Notes: generated from the sequence alone by a model not told the origin. Numbered from the stretch's first letter, positions 41,434 to 56,375 are shown. The stretch is 64,000 nucleotides of DNA from Octopus vulgaris (GCA_951406725.2 OX597819.1:117056001-117120000), one strand, 5' to 3'. Translations and numbers: made by a program.

Positions 41434-41929
41434 TGGCTCTTTAAATTTCTATTCCAATAATTCACTTTTATAAAACATGCATCATTGGATTCCGTGGTGT
41501 TTCAACCTTTCTCAACGAAACATTTATCAAATTGGTGCACCTAAATTCGACTCAACGTTTGTCACATATTTATTGCCGCAGTTCTCCCGCATTTTGTCAT
41601 TAACATTCGCTTAACAATCACTTAGCACAAGTATTTTAAATTCTTGACCCTGAACATTCTCACTTTGTCTCTGTGCGTCTTAATTGTCATATGTATATCT
41701 ATGCTCTTTTAGTCGGCTGAGCACACGTTATACATATATCATTGATATCAGCAACGATAATCATTTGAATTATGTCTAGTCTCTAGAACTAAGAAATGAA
41801 ATATAGTTTTCGTTGCATTTGAATTTCATTAAAATATATTAAGAATGATTCCTAATCTACGTTCGTTTATGATGCAGTTTATCATTGTACATTCAATGAA
41901 ATAACACATACATAAGTGAATGAGCTCAG

Positions 41930-41961
<32 letters not shown>

Positions 41962-41974
41962 CATACATGAAAGC

Positions 41975-42520
41975 AATAATTATAATTACAATATGAAGAC
42001 TTGTTCCTCCACAAGATTTATTTCCTCTTATTCTATAATTGCATACAGCATGTTTTGTAATGATTTTACAACCCACAAGTATTTCCACTGCACACACTAC
42101 TGGCAGCTGCATCTGCAACCGATGATAATTTTTTGAGTAGCTTCTTCAGTGTCTAAGCATTTGGCGGTTGTGGAACGAATCTGAACTCACATATTCAATT
42201 ATTATTAGGGGGTTTAGTAGGAGGTATGGTGAAGCTGTTTTACAAACTGACTAGATTTCAGTTTCATATGTTTTACGGAAGCTTAACTAAAAAACAAATT
42301 ACTGTATTCAATTCGCTTCGATACAGACCAAATGGACAGACTCCGAAGACGTTGCACAGAAAATCATGCTGATTGCATGTGTAGCTGCCCATACGTTGTG
42401 CAATGGAAATACGTGTAGCACATAGCAACAATAAAGATATACTCATTGTAATTATATGATAAGAGGAAATAAATCTGGAGTATACACACATTTCCATATT
42501 CAATATCGTTATAATTATTG
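41975..42520. repeat. Diverged long inverted repeat (foldback/MITE-like), arms ~200 bp
   Basis: agatttatttcctcttat (42014-42031) vs ataagaggaaataaatct (42459-42476); gtatttccactgcaca vs tgtgcaatggaaatac; ggcagctgcatctgcaa vs ttgcatgtgtagctgcc. Blocks are collinear. Confidence 0.75.
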
Positions 42521-43657
42521 TTAATATACACTCTATATTATGTTACCAACTACAGAAAAGAACATGGGATTTCCAGTCGAAAGAAGTTTCAGCGTGGTTG
42601 AACATAATTGTAGTCATAGACGTTAAGTAATAATCGATGCGGTTAGCCGTAACCTGGAACATAACTGAGAGCCACTACGTTATTCACCGAGCAAATATAA
42701 CCCTTCAAACTCACACAATATATATACGCGTGTGTATACTTGTATAAGTGTGTGTGTATGTGTGTGTGTGTGTGTGTTTAAGGTGAAATAGCTGTTAAAT
42801 TTAAAGTGTTTCCTAGTTTAAACTCATTTCCTTCTTATTTCTTCCATTAAAGCACAACTTTCTACGTATAATATTACTATTGCTCTCACAATATTTTATC
42901 TACTGAATAGGAACAGATGAACAGAGAAACTTCGAAAAGTAAATTTGAACTAAAAATATTGAAAAACGAATAGAAATACATAAATATATGCAGTAGTCAA
43001 ATCAGGTTACCAATCGCATTTCAGCTACTTCAGTAGTTAATCTGGAGTTATAACTCATGTTAAAATTTGTTGGTTACTGTTTACTAATTCTGATGGATGA
43101 TACATTACTAATGGAGATGGTCTAGTGAGGAAAATGTATAATTATGATACAGGACAACCAGTTTTGTGAGGTTATTTGTCATCGGATAGCAGAGGTTGAC
43201 ATCTCTCTTGATTCCAATACGAGATAATATTCTTGGGTATGACATGATGTTGTAGGAGCTGGTTTTGATATGGCAAAGTCAACATTCAAAATCGAATTAA
43301 TCTGCAATATTACAGCTTATTACCATTTCATTAGGAAATAATTTCTCTTTCGCAATTCTAAATCTAGCCATTTTAAATACACTTATGCTTTTTAAATTAG
43401 CAAAGTATGTATGATGAATGTCCTTGCGATTTTTATCACTTCATTTAAAATTGTACATACCCGTATGTCTATGATGCTCCGACTTATTATTCATATATAC
43501 TCCAATCTATGTTTTATTGCAAATAAAGTTACAATCTTTTTAGAAGACTTTATGCCAACGAAAATAAATCATTCCGCTCACATCTCTCCCACCCTATCTC
43601 TCTCGATCTTTCTGTGTGAGTCTGTGTATGTTTATATATATATATATATATATATAT

Positions 43658-44024
43658 AGCCGCAGGAATGGCTGTGTGGTAAGTAGGTTGCTAACCAACC
43701 AAATGGTTCCGGGTTCAGTCCCGCTGCGTGGCATCTTGGGCGAGTGTCTTCTGCTATAGCCCCGGGCCGACCAATGCCTTGTGAGTGGATTTGGTAGACG
43801 GAAACTGAAAGAAGCCTGTCGTATATATGTATATATATATATGTGTGTGTTTGTTTGTGCGTCTGTGTTTGTCCCCCAAGCATTGCTTCACAACCGATGC
43901 TTGTGTGTTTATGTCCCCGTTACTTAGCGGTTCGGCAAAAGAGACCGATAGAATAAGTACTGGGCTTACAAAAAGAATAAGTCCCGGGGTCGAGTCAAAT
44001 GACTGAAACAAGTAAAAGAGTAAA
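43658..44024 (+). mobile_element. OK-type SINE with small 3' internal deletion
   Basis: Matches 7406-7820; lacks the ggcggtgctccagcatggcc segment. Confidence 0.9.
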
Positions 44025-44215
44025 GCGATATATATATATACTTGTTTCAGTCATTTGACTGCGACTTGACATCTTTATTTAGCATAGTAGGAGTTCACTT
44101 TGGTGTTAATTTCTCTTAATTTTGTAATATAATTTTTAGTCTTCGAATGTTTCAAATATGCTAACCCACTGGTTTTAATTTATCAATATCAATTACTACC
44201 CTCATTATTTAATTG

Positions 44216-44287
<72 letters not shown>

Positions 44288-47200
44288 TTATGTTTATATA
44301 TATAATGCAAATACAAGGAGACCAATATGAATGTACACCAGTACAATTTGTTTTAATTGTAAAATGGGTAAAACAAAAATGCGCATGGAATTATCTTTAC
44401 TTGGAGAATGGTAAAGTGTTCAAAACTTCTTAAAGATGAGGATCTACAAAGTCAAGTTCCAGAAACTGGAGGCAAAGATCTACGCGAATAGTGTTTTACA
44501 TCTATTTCTGAGACTGGCTGAGACTGATATGATGCACAATTCTACCTGAGGTCGTATGGTAGACAAAAATTATTTGGAGCGACAAAATTATGAGTGAATG
44601 ATAGAGAAAAGAACGCAAAAATGAAAGAGGAAGAGGAGCGAGAGCATTTTAGCTGGAGGGAAAATAACAAATGTGTTTGGTAATTTACGAAAGCGTGAAG
44701 AATTAACGGGAAAAAGTTCATTAAACCACGTAACTCTCTTGTCCCCAGTCTCAATATAAATATTTTTGCCTGTTTCCTTCATTGTAGAGATACATGATGT
44801 TTGGTCGGGTCACAAGGAGTTAAATGAAGGTCTAGACCATTGATTTCTGGTGGGTGGCAAAGGATTAGGCTTGCGTATGTAGTTGTGTGTATCAAATGTG
44901 CTCACCAAAGTGATCAGCGAAAGAGCTATCTCCTTGCCCAATGTAAAGTGCACCGTAAAGTTTGCAGATGGGTTTAGTAAGAGATACAGTAGATGTTTTG
45001 TCTCCTATAATGCTTTACACTCAATTATGATTATAATATTTATAGTGTGGAGTCAGATGATATTATCATTGGCGAACGCATTTCAGTTTGACTGGCTGCG
45101 TATAGCTTCGTGAGATTGACGCTGTTGAATATCACGTTGTCGAGAGTCATATCTTTCTGGAAGGCGGGGATACAGAATATGACGAAGCGGTTTTCAGATA
45201 AGGAAGTAGGATTCTCAAAGTGGTTCTCAAAGGGAAAATTTGAACATGGGATCTGGACTGTAGATGCGAGTAAATAGGGTAGAATAAAGGGAGGGAGGTC
45301 AATGGCATGCGTCTATTCTGCATCTGATTCAGGAAAGAATATCACATTCTGCAATACTCCAGGAATCGAAAGCCAATGAAAAATGTAATATAGAATGAAA
45401 ATCTAATCACCATAAACTTAGTTTACGAATTTCTGCCTTTAACCTATTTACAATGTTTTGGCGACATGTTTAACTAGAATCTCAAGTGTCCTAAAGTAAA
45501 TCTATATGTTAATCTTTTGCTTAAATATGCAATCGACTCGTCCTGCATTTGTGTTTATAACGTGAGACATTATAATTCATAAATATATATATATATATAC
45601 ATACAGACACACGCAGACACGTACACACGCACATATATAGACACACATGTACATGTATACGTGTTTGTGTGTGCATAATATATATTTTATATACATATAT
45701 AAGGACTCAATTATTCTTTTGCGAGTATGTGTGTACCACAAACGCCTGCAAATCTGGAACGCATAAACATGTTCGCACAAACACTCAAAACACACACACA
45801 TTTATACAAAGAGAGAAGGTGTATGAGAGAGAGGGAGATAGAAAGCGTCATTTGTGAAGAAAAATTATTGATAATTAACTTCGAAATTGGTTAATTATTC
45901 AATAATAAACAACGGTCGATCACTGAACGTATTAATACATTGCCATAGAAAATGAAACAAGTATAAAATATTAAAGACAATAAATTTGCGGAATGATTTC
46001 ATTTATGAAGATTATAAACAAACACTTTAAAATATAGAAAAACGTGAAGAGATTTTAGTCACATTTTCGTTCTAATTGGTTGCAGCAATTTATAGTATCA
46101 ATAATACATTTGCTGATTTTGATTGTTATACCTAAATACATAAACCGGAACCTCGCTGTTGGGAGGCAAATAAACTTATTCACTGAGCCGTGTCTCCTTA
46201 AGCGTGAAATATAAAAATTAGCAAAAAAATACCCTTTGTTTTTTGTTCTCGAATTATACAGAAGATGGATGGCGACTTACAAGATATTTTAGAAGTTCAG
46301 CAAGAAAGATAATTTGAAGAGTAGAATATATTCCCCGTTGAGTGATCTTACCCAATTAACAGAAGTAGTTTTTGAGTGTGAGTGTGAGTGTGTGTGTGTG
46401 TGTGTGTGCGTGTGCTGTCTTTCCACTCAAGACATTGCAATTTGCTGCTGTTACACCTCTTCACCGATTAAGTATACTGTTTAAGTGGAAGATTTTACTT
46501 TCCCACTTATTTCCAAGTATGTCAATTTTGTGAGCAATAAATCTTACATATTTTCAGCTCAAGTATTTGGAGAGCAATACAGCATACTTGGATTGAAACC
46601 CCGTATTTTGGAACCAACCAATATATTCACTTAGCCATGCCTCCTTAAATTCTCAAAGCGTCTGTGATATTGGCTGGTTGTAATCTCCACAAGATCTAAT
46701 TTCAAATGTATTTTGTAGACCTGATACATAATCACACAATCACACAAACACACCCACCCACCCACACACACTCACACAAACACACACACACACATATACA
46801 TACATAGACAGATATGCACGCACACGTCATTAGTGGGGTATGCCCAAACATTCAAACGAATATATATATATATATGTGTGTGTGTGCGTGTGTGTGTGCG
46901 TGTGTGTGTTCGTGTGTGTATATATTTATGTATGTATGTATATGTGTATGTATGTGGTATATATATATATTGCCGTTTTTATGTTTGTGTATAACATACT
47001 AATGATATCGGTGTGTAAAAAGAGATGTGTGTATATATGTGCCCAAAAAGTACAACATAATAGGAAACTACGCCGATATTTTTTTCTTTATTCTCTACCA
47101 TATCTAATAATCTTCTGGATTGATTCTTATGCGTCCTAAATAGCACTTTCAAAATATCTTCTATTCTTTATACTGGGAGTAGACCCTTCAGAGACAGTAT

Positions 47201-47785
47201 TATCCTTTTCTCTTCAACTGCAGCGATTTCAACTTACTACGAATATTATACAATATTACCTTTCAGTCTTTCTACCCAGAAGCCAACAATCAATTATAAA
47301 TTAAGACAAAGTGGGAATAGAAGCAGAAGAACGACGCATTCTAAAAGATTAGCCATCACAAATCCCAAAGCTTACACCTTACTACACTGCATAACTAACA
47401 TAGACATTAACTAATATTGGCATCGTAGATCCTAAGGTTTGCGAATCTTGGATTTCCCTTTGGTAGTGTTTTGCTAGACCTCAGCGCTTATATCTTCAGC
47501 ATCAGCTCAAAAATATCAAAACCACTCAGTGTGTTTGGCACATTTTGTGATCTCGTCCTCAAGGTTTTAGTGACACACAAACTTAGGATTGATTAGTTCC
47601 AACAAACTCGTTTTAAAACCTCGACTGAACTCAATATTTGGAATGCTGTATAACATAACTAGTATAGTATATCTACTAAGTATACACACAATGAAGGTGG
47701 CATTTGCTGAATAAGTTACTGTCAGTTCACACAGGGCAGGTCTGTATGTACTGAATCCTCCTGTTGCAAATGTTTTTTCTGTACT

Positions 47786-47897
47786 TTCAGCTCAGAGCTG
47801 CGGCCATGCTGATGAAGCGCCGTTGAACATCAGGACAGACGAAGTACCGCTGAGCATTTTGCCCGGCGCGCCAACGTTTCTGCCAGCTCTACGCCTT
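47786..47897 (-). mobile_element. Adjacent fragments: LINE 3' stem-loop and MetaSINE-like head
   Basis: tttcagctcagagctgcggccatgctg (cf. 25109-25145) followed by accgctgagcattttgcccggcgcgccaacgtttctgccagctc. Confidence 0.65.
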
Positions 47898-49465
47898 AGT
47901 AATGAAATCTTCAAATCACCGAACAGTACATTAAAATAACACAAACTTTCCAAACGGATTATAGCTGCTAAATAAGTTTCATTATGCTTCTACCCAATTA
48001 ACAACACCAGCAAAACAGAAACGAAACGCACAATCACACAAACAACACATATTGCAGATAGAAAACAAATAATATCCATCAAATGAACACTTGGGTTAAT
48101 GTAATGTGGGATTTGAGTTATACAATTTTCCTTTAAATGCATAGGGAGTCTGATGTTAATATTTTGAGAAAAAATCCCCGCCAAATTTAAATGCATATTA
48201 TTATTAAAATTTATCATTAAATATTTCAAATTTGCGTAACTTTCCTTAACGTTGCACCATTAATATGCCTTTATTTCTGAACTGTTATACACTTACGCTA
48301 TTCACGAGTTGTATATTTTTCATCGAGACGAAACACTGGACGTTGCATATATTCAGAGATGGCCATAATAAGCTCTTATTACTGGTACTATAAATAAGAT
48401 GATCCCCTAAAAAAATTCTACTTCAAGTAGAAGTGTACTGTGAATAGATGTTGAAAATCCGGTTATGTCGGAGTTGTTAGAAAGAGAGATGGACAGATAT
48501 ATAAATAGAAAAGGAGAGAGATAGAAAGGGAGAGCATTGCTTGCAATGTGCAGACACGCGTGTGTCGTTATAAAATATAATAACAGACATAGGTTTTTAC
48601 TCTATAAATCAGTGTCAAATATCCCCGACACAAATGCCAGGGGTTACAAATTTCGTGAGATAGGATATTCTCTATAGGATATAGAGAGCATTTTCAATAA
48701 ATTTGACAAATTATAAATATCCTCGGCGCAGTGAGTGAATTATCGATAGGTTTCGGATATATTATTAGATGTTTGGTCAGATAATATGTCCCCAATGGCA
48801 AAATCGCTTTCACTATTTGGCATATAATCCATCAGGTTAATGATATTGCAGATACTTAAAATATGTGCAAGTGTTGAAAATGCACATCAAATATGTAGAA
48901 GAGATCTGATTGAGTATAGATTTTCTGGTGACATTTTCGTAATGAAAAGATTAACTTGATATGAGACAGATATAGTTAACAGGTATGCAATATATCTAGT
49001 TTCTGTTGCAAGAATTTCTCAGATTTTTGTAGATGATAAGGTTATCGATATTGCTTTGAACTATATTATCATGGACCCTATTCACTGTATGAAATATAGG
49101 AGAGTACTTTACCAATAGGACTATCTCCATGTGAGCGAAATCTTTTCAATCAGAGAAAATTTGTGTATAGTTCCTGTTAATATTAAGGTCTTGCCTCATA
49201 TGCAGCATTTTCATTACTTCTAGTGCCAATTTTGGAAACAATGTTGTAATTATAGTAACTAATATCATTACAATATCGAATTGAATACATCTTGTTTAGA
49301 GAAATTCACACGTGAAAACGTTAAATTTTATCTGGTTAAGGTACAGATATAGCCTGAAACATATGCTTGGTCGTGTTTTCACAAAGTGGATTTAATTAAA
49401 AATAAATATATATACGACACACAGGTGCTTGCGCACACACTTACACACACATACACACACAGACG

Positions 49466-49500
<35 letters not shown>

Positions 49501-51135
49501 ATACACACATTCAAATATACGAGTGAAAACGTATCTCGTATTAGTTCGGTTTCATAAAATCTGTGTCCTCCCACCTAGCAAAACATCTTATATGAAACTT
49601 GTCTCCTAAAGCAGGCTTTTCGGAAAGGGGTTATTAAAGTTTGCTGGAGTTGTATGGAAAAGCATGTCATATATATATAGCTGAAAGCTATAGAAATAAT
49701 TGCACTTCTAGAGATAAAAACACATGCAGTTACGCTATCCTCTCCATCCAAGCTTAAGTGAACGAAATTGCTGGTATCAAGTGTTATAACAAATGTGTGA
49801 CGGTATCCCTAGGATAATATAGGAATATAATTATTTAAAATAATCTAATAATTGAATAATTTTCTGTCATTTCAAGTCATACTAATGCCCGATAGATACG
49901 TGTTCAATTAAGCTTCATTAAGTATGTATATTGCGACCGAAGCAACTTTGCAAGTGTCACACTACCGCCCGCAGAATGGACGGCATACCTTCAGATAAAT
50001 TCTAGTGAATAAATTTGAGAGTTTTCAGCATTGCTTTCCTTGTCTATAATATACTATAACGCTAATAATATTTCTCTATATGTGTGCGATTTTGATTTAT
50101 AAATCATTATTTTTGGCTCAACACATTAACTGGTAATGAAATATGTATGTCTTAGACAGACCGGCTCTGGAAATTTTCCAAATGTATTTATATAAGACGC
50201 TATTCATATGGTTCCACAAAGTTATATCCACGTTTTAGGTTACTAAAAGTTGTTGCTATATACAACAACGTCAAAGACTAGACGATAAAATCTGAAGAAC
50301 ACAAACGTCCTTTATCGCCGAAATCGTAATTACATTTCTCAAATGACTAAAAAGTTATCTTTTTCTACCACCTGGACAGGCAGCAGAAATTTTCGCGCCA
50401 ACTATGAAGATAACGAGAAGGAGACGTCTAGTCATTAGATGAAATATTCATTCGCAAAATTTTATTTATGCAAATATTACAAGATCGCACTTAAACCAGG
50501 AAGTAGAAGTTAGTAACAAGAGACATATATTGTAGAACTCCTAACTGCTGCATCTGTTCTGCAACACACTACAGTTGTTCGCTTTTGTATTTATGTCTAT
50601 ATCTGTCTCACTCTCCTACTTCAATCCATCTATCTTTCTATGGTTCTCTTGTCTGATTATGTATAGAAAAATATTTTTTTGCTATTTCACTTAGATATTG
50701 AGATACTAATAACCTGGAGGAAGAACCCTATATCCAAATGCTTCGGTTGAGTATAGAGCGGTAATAAAAAATGAGATGATAAAGAAATAATTAATTATGG
50801 CATGGGCTTTCTCATCTTACAAGACTTTCTGCTAAAAGATATAGTGAACGGATTTTTGAGTGCCCGAGTGTCCCCTTATAGCTACACCGGAGCCTCAAAC
50901 ATGCAATTTATTTGGGATTTCAATTACAGACATGAATATACACAATGACAAAACGTACACGCATTTGGGAAATGAAATTCAGAAGTTACTGACATAGAAT
51001 TAAATTAATTTTAAATTGTAGAGCACAGCAATAAGGATTATTTGTAAAAATGTGTATACACACACAGACCTCTCTCTCCTCTCTCTTTCTCTCTCTCTCT
51101 ATATATATACATACAAACACACACACACATATATT

Positions 51136-51225
<90 letters not shown>

Positions 51226-51549
51226 CATATTTATATATATATATATACATATGCGTATATACACACGCACTCGCATACATACATACACGTGGGCGCACGC
51301 ACGCACAAATACATCTACACACACACACACACACATATATAACCTAGGAAAGAGGGACAGCTTGATCGACGTAGGTGAAGAAACGATGAAAGAAAGAGGA
51401 GAAAAGAATAGGGAGAAGGAACAACGCAAAGCGAAGGAGCTATGAAAGTGTTTATGAGTTAAAAAAATATTTTCTAGATCAAAATTTTAGCTAGATTGTC
51501 CACTAGAGGGAGGAGAAGGTGTGCAAGAGTGAGAATATACTTTTACCAA

Positions 51550-51700
51550 TCAGTTTCCGTCTATGAAATGTACTTAAAAATCTTTGGTCGGCCAGAGACT
51601 ATAATAAAACAATAGGAGGCTGATCTTCAAGGTGTTACGTAGCAGGATTACGTTGGAGACTATATGGTTGGGAAGTTAAATTGTTAACACACGGCTTATC
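51550..51700 (-). mobile_element. Degenerate OK-type SINE 5' half
   Basis: tcagtttccgtcta..ctttggtcggcc.gagactata similarity. Confidence 0.55.
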
Positions 51701-51722
51701 TATGCGTTATACGTATATTATA

Positions 51723-51950
51723 CATAGTACCCCAAAAGTAGGTTTACAGTTACTTCAACTATCACTTTCGCATTCATATATTAACAGTTAAGGTCTAACA
51801 TTATTAAAAAAAGGTATAAAACCATTATTCTAAGGTAAATAATATAATAAACACTATGAATGTCAGACTGATATTTAAATGTACTAAAATGTTTGTAAGA
51901 AATTTGAACTATCAACGTGATAAGGGTAAACTTACTTTTGGGTCACCCTG
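51723..51950. mobile_element. Tc1/mariner-type MITE
   Basis: TA|catagtaccccaaaagtaggtttac ... gtaaacttacttttgggtcaccctg|TA: imperfect ~25-bp TIRs with TA TSD. Confidence 0.8.
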
Positions 51951-52286
51951 TATATCGTATATATGAAATATATGGGATAAACAATACAGGTATTATATAC
52001 ACATAAGCTCCTTATACGTTTTATCTTGGTTAAAGAAACCTTACAGGTTTATTGACAATATTTTACGTGTATATCATATTAAAATTCACACACCACATCT
52101 CTTAATCTTAAAGAATTATAAGCTGTTTTATTACCTCACAATTCTTTCTACTAACCACTTTATATGCCACTCACCGTGTAATTTATATATAATCCATATC
52201 ACACATAAATACATACACACGTACAGGCATATGTATATATATGTGTGTGTGTGTGTGTCTGTGTGTGTATGTGAGCGCGTTTGCGC

Positions 52287-52354
<68 letters not shown>

Positions 52355-52377
52355 TATACATATATATATACATTACA

Positions 52378-52911
52378 TTTTTTGATATGCTGGCCATTGA
52401 TAAAAAATTTTTCCCGAAAAAAATGTTATCCTACATTAGTTATAAATTAAATAGTGTTCACTTCCGGATTCTATCACTCTGTGAAAGTATCTAGTTGGAA
52501 TCACACGTGTCTCGAGATGTGCCGAAGATTTTTCTATTTTGGATATATTTGGGGTACTTAGTTCTGCTCGGGACTTAGTGCTTGCTTTTTACATGGGTAT
52601 GAGTAAGTATTTCACTTATACCTCGCGTATTTGCCGCTGAAGAGTGGAGAATTTCTTACGAATTAACCCCGAAATTGGACCAATACGGTAATAACGAATT
52701 TTTTAAAGATTTCTATCGGTTTGTTTCGAGACGCATAAATTATAACGGTTTATTGACAATTATTGTCTTTTTTTCAGCATATTTGACATTAGAATTCTTC
52801 TTTTGCTCCTATCTTGTAAATTATTTATAAAGTTAACATTTAAAGGTATTTTTTGATATGCTGGTCATGGATAAAATTATTTTCCCGAAAAAAGTTTTAT
52901 CCTACATTAGT

Positions 52912-52915
<4 letters not shown>
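52378..52915. repeat. Direct repeat ~67 bp (52378-52444 and 52849-52915)
   Basis: ttttttgatatgctgg.cat.gataaa..ttttcccgaaaaaa..ttatcctacattagttata occurs twice. Confidence 0.85.
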
Positions 52916-52939
<24 letters not shown>

Positions 52940-52943
<4 letters not shown>

Positions 52944-53251
52944 ATTAGTGAATGGAAGAAATGGAGCTGAACGAAGATTCTACAGAATTCCTTTTATTAC
53001 ATTCTACACATGTTTCAAAGGCCACAAATTTCAAATTCTGATTGAATAAGGATTCTGTAGAATCTTCGTTCAGCTCCATTTCTTCCATTCACTAATTATA
53101 TTAAACTTCAATTATCCGCGCCAACGCACGGTTGCAACACCCTATGGTCATAACTCCAACCGTTTTTTTTCTGCTGTGACTTTTGCTACCCAGGTATCGG
53201 TTAAACTTTTGAATAATCCGTAACGAGTTAATTCATCTTTCCATTTCAACA

Positions 53252-53255
<4 letters not shown>
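52940..53255. mobile_element. (TA)n-flanked insert starting with a perfect 49-bp inverted repeat (Penelope-type inverted pLTR)
   Basis: 52940-52988 is the reverse complement of 53052-53100. Spacer minus strand has gaaacatgtgta..aataaa. The IR is certain; the PLE call is inferred. Confidence 0.65.
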
Positions 53256-53338
<83 letters not shown>

Positions 53339-53576
53339 GTGTTATGTGTGTGTGTGTGCGTGTGAATATGTATATGTATATACGCTCTGGAATACTACGA
53401 TATATATCTAGTAGACAATCAAAAACTGTTTCATAATATATCTCACTGGCTTCACATAGAAATAGGCGATTTGGTATCTGATGTTAGGATACTGATGATA
53501 TGGCACAACTGCCTGGAATTCAACTCTTTTGGTTATTGTACGTTTTGTTGATGGACACTCACTCCCACTCACTCTC

Positions 53577-53612
<36 letters not shown>

Positions 53613-54397
53613 ACACCCCACCGAATGCGCTCGCAATAATGTATGCATAAAATTTGAAAGAATGAAAGTGACAGAGAGAGAGAGAGAGAAAGTGAGGTAA
53701 TGTGGTAGAAATAGCCATTATGATGTATTAATTGAACGAAATTGGCGTGAACACCTTCCCTTTGCTGGTACTTATAAGGAGAAATATGACCTCTGGCGTA
53801 AACAAAGGATGCGGGCAGAATAAAACAAACATTAAAACGAGAGATGCATTATAACAGTTTAAGTCAGAGAAGTCATCGTCGAATCAGCGGCGTTATTACG
53901 TTTGTACCGGAACTTCTACTTTTCAACTACCCATCAATTTGAACTAAAAATTTATAAATATTTCGATTTTGAAATTATACTGCATTCGCTTCAAGGATTT
54001 TCTGCATAAAACTCGGAGTCACTTTTATCATACTAGTGTAATATGAGTCCTTTTACCCATGAATAAGTAGAATCTCATAGAAACTTATTTAAAACTATCA
54101 CAAAAATAGAATGTCAAATACTTTTCTTCTCGCTTGTATGCTTATACATACAAACTCAAAATTCACAAAGGCATAAATACCAAATTTCATGAATACACAT
54201 ATCTCTGTTAACGTGTGTGAGTGTATGTGTGTATGCACATGTAGAAAACTTTTAGAAGCATTATCTTTTAAATTCTTCCAGTTGTGTTATCTGTCAGTGT
54301 GAGTCTATATGTTGTGTGTGTATATGTATGTGTGTGCGTGTGAGTGGGAAATAGACACATATACTGAACGAGCATTTTATACACACACATATGTATG

Positions 54398-54441
<44 letters not shown>

Positions 54442-54479
54442 ACATATATATATGTATACACACATATATATATATATAC

Positions 54480-54514
<35 letters not shown>

Positions 54515-54515
54515 A

Positions 54516-54564
<49 letters not shown>

Positions 54565-54569
54565 AGTAT

Positions 54570-54626
<57 letters not shown>

Positions 54627-56189
54627 TACACATATAGGTGTATACAAGCGTGGATATGTGGCTGTGTATGAGCGTGTAAATATGTGAGTGTTTGCACGTA
54701 TTACAAATCACCATATATCAATACGTCCACAGACATGCACACACACCGTAGAACGCTGTGTGTATAGAGTCACATCCAAGAAAAGAAAAAAAAAATGTTA
54801 TTCTCTGCGAAGCCATATATTTTCTTCAGACGTCACTTAGTTTTCTTTTATCACCATCTATTGAAGATCCTGTCGTAGAAAAACAGAAACAGAGAGAACG
54901 GCATTTTCTTATATGTTATGTTAAAAACTGACATTTATTCTGCCTTTTAAAATTATCTATGACTTCTATCATCGACATAATGTTTTTTCGTCATTTTGTT
55001 TGTCTTTTTTTTTTCCTGAATCACATTTACATTCGTAACCTATTTATGTTTGTACATTGTGATTTATTTCTCCTGTTTTCTTTATCGTTAATAGTATACA
55101 TTAAAGTATGATAAAATAAATATTAGTTTGTTTCTGCGATTATTTATAATCGGTCTGCCAGCATTCCTTTTGCTATTTGTATTATCGTTAATAATTCTGG
55201 ATGTAGTATAAGAAGTTTTTATCGCTTGTTTTCCTATTTGATGTTCGTTGTCTATAGTTAGTGAGCTGTGTTGGAATAATGTTATGAAAAATAGTCTATC
55301 CATATCATTACAGAATAGAAACACAATGTGTTTTTAAATAACAAAACAGAAAATATGATATACAGATATCTTGCAAACTAATGGTTTCGCAATACATAGA
55401 ACATGTTTACAGAGCAGAATGAATACGGTAATGTTCGTTCCTCGTTGTTTTACAACCAAATGTTTCTGCTTGCATTCATTTGTCACATTAGATGAGAATG
55501 TGTTTCCATATACAGACACACATAGTAAAAAGTGCGAAACCACATATCTATGTTGTTTTCAACATTTGCTTTGCCAAGGTGTTACTTCGACAATCTGTAG
55601 AAAGTAAAGACCTCGATTCTCAGTAATATAATTGACTTAGTCGAGTTTGTTGATTTTAGTTTCAGTCTTGTCATATAACTAGAGATTTATTAGACATAGT
55701 ACATTCAATGTCTCCTTTCAAGGCGGATGTGTACTGAGTTAGGTGGATGCGCTTTTATTTTATACAGAAAAAGACATCCTTCATTTTCTGTACCTGGGTT
55801 AACATCTATATGTGAAAATATGCAGTTTACTTTCAAAAGTCAAAACAAAATTCAGGTCAACCTAAATATGTTCAATTATGCATTATGAACGGCATTAAAA
55901 TACTACATTATTTTTGTAGTACTAGGGTTTGAGTGTAGTTTAGTGCGCATGAGAATGTTTGACAATTTAAGTACAGACAGAAGCATGTGATCAGTGTAGG
56001 CAGCCTTCGAATAGTGTTGGGTCTCTCTGGGGCAGCACTTCCTAAACAAAAAAAACAGAAGTAAATACTAAAAATTGGTACTGAAAATGAAGTGAACAGT
56101 ATCTTACGTATAGGTGTATAGTGCTAAAACCCATGGAAGTATCTGCATCAGAGGTATGATAGAAACACGCACGCAAGGTCACACATATA

Positions 56190-56249
<60 letters not shown>

Positions 56250-56252
<3 letters not shown>

Positions 56253-56320
56253 TACATGTTACTCTTATAAATATATATATGTATATGCATACATGTTACT
56301 CTTATATATATATATATGTA

Positions 56321-56375
<55 letters not shown>

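Noticed and set aside
41375-41436. ccagta-(TA)n-tactgg palindrome; also (CA)n/(TG)n hairpin near 59395-59425
   Set aside because: Self-complementarity is mostly explained by the microsatellites.
44760-45330. Possible ancient LINE RT on the minus strand (FANDNI resembling FADD)
   Set aside because: Single degenerate motif; cannot be supported without a profile search.
46240-46325. Acceptor-like site followed by MDGDLQDILEVQQER
   Set aside because: Early stops in the frames examined and no convincing donor.
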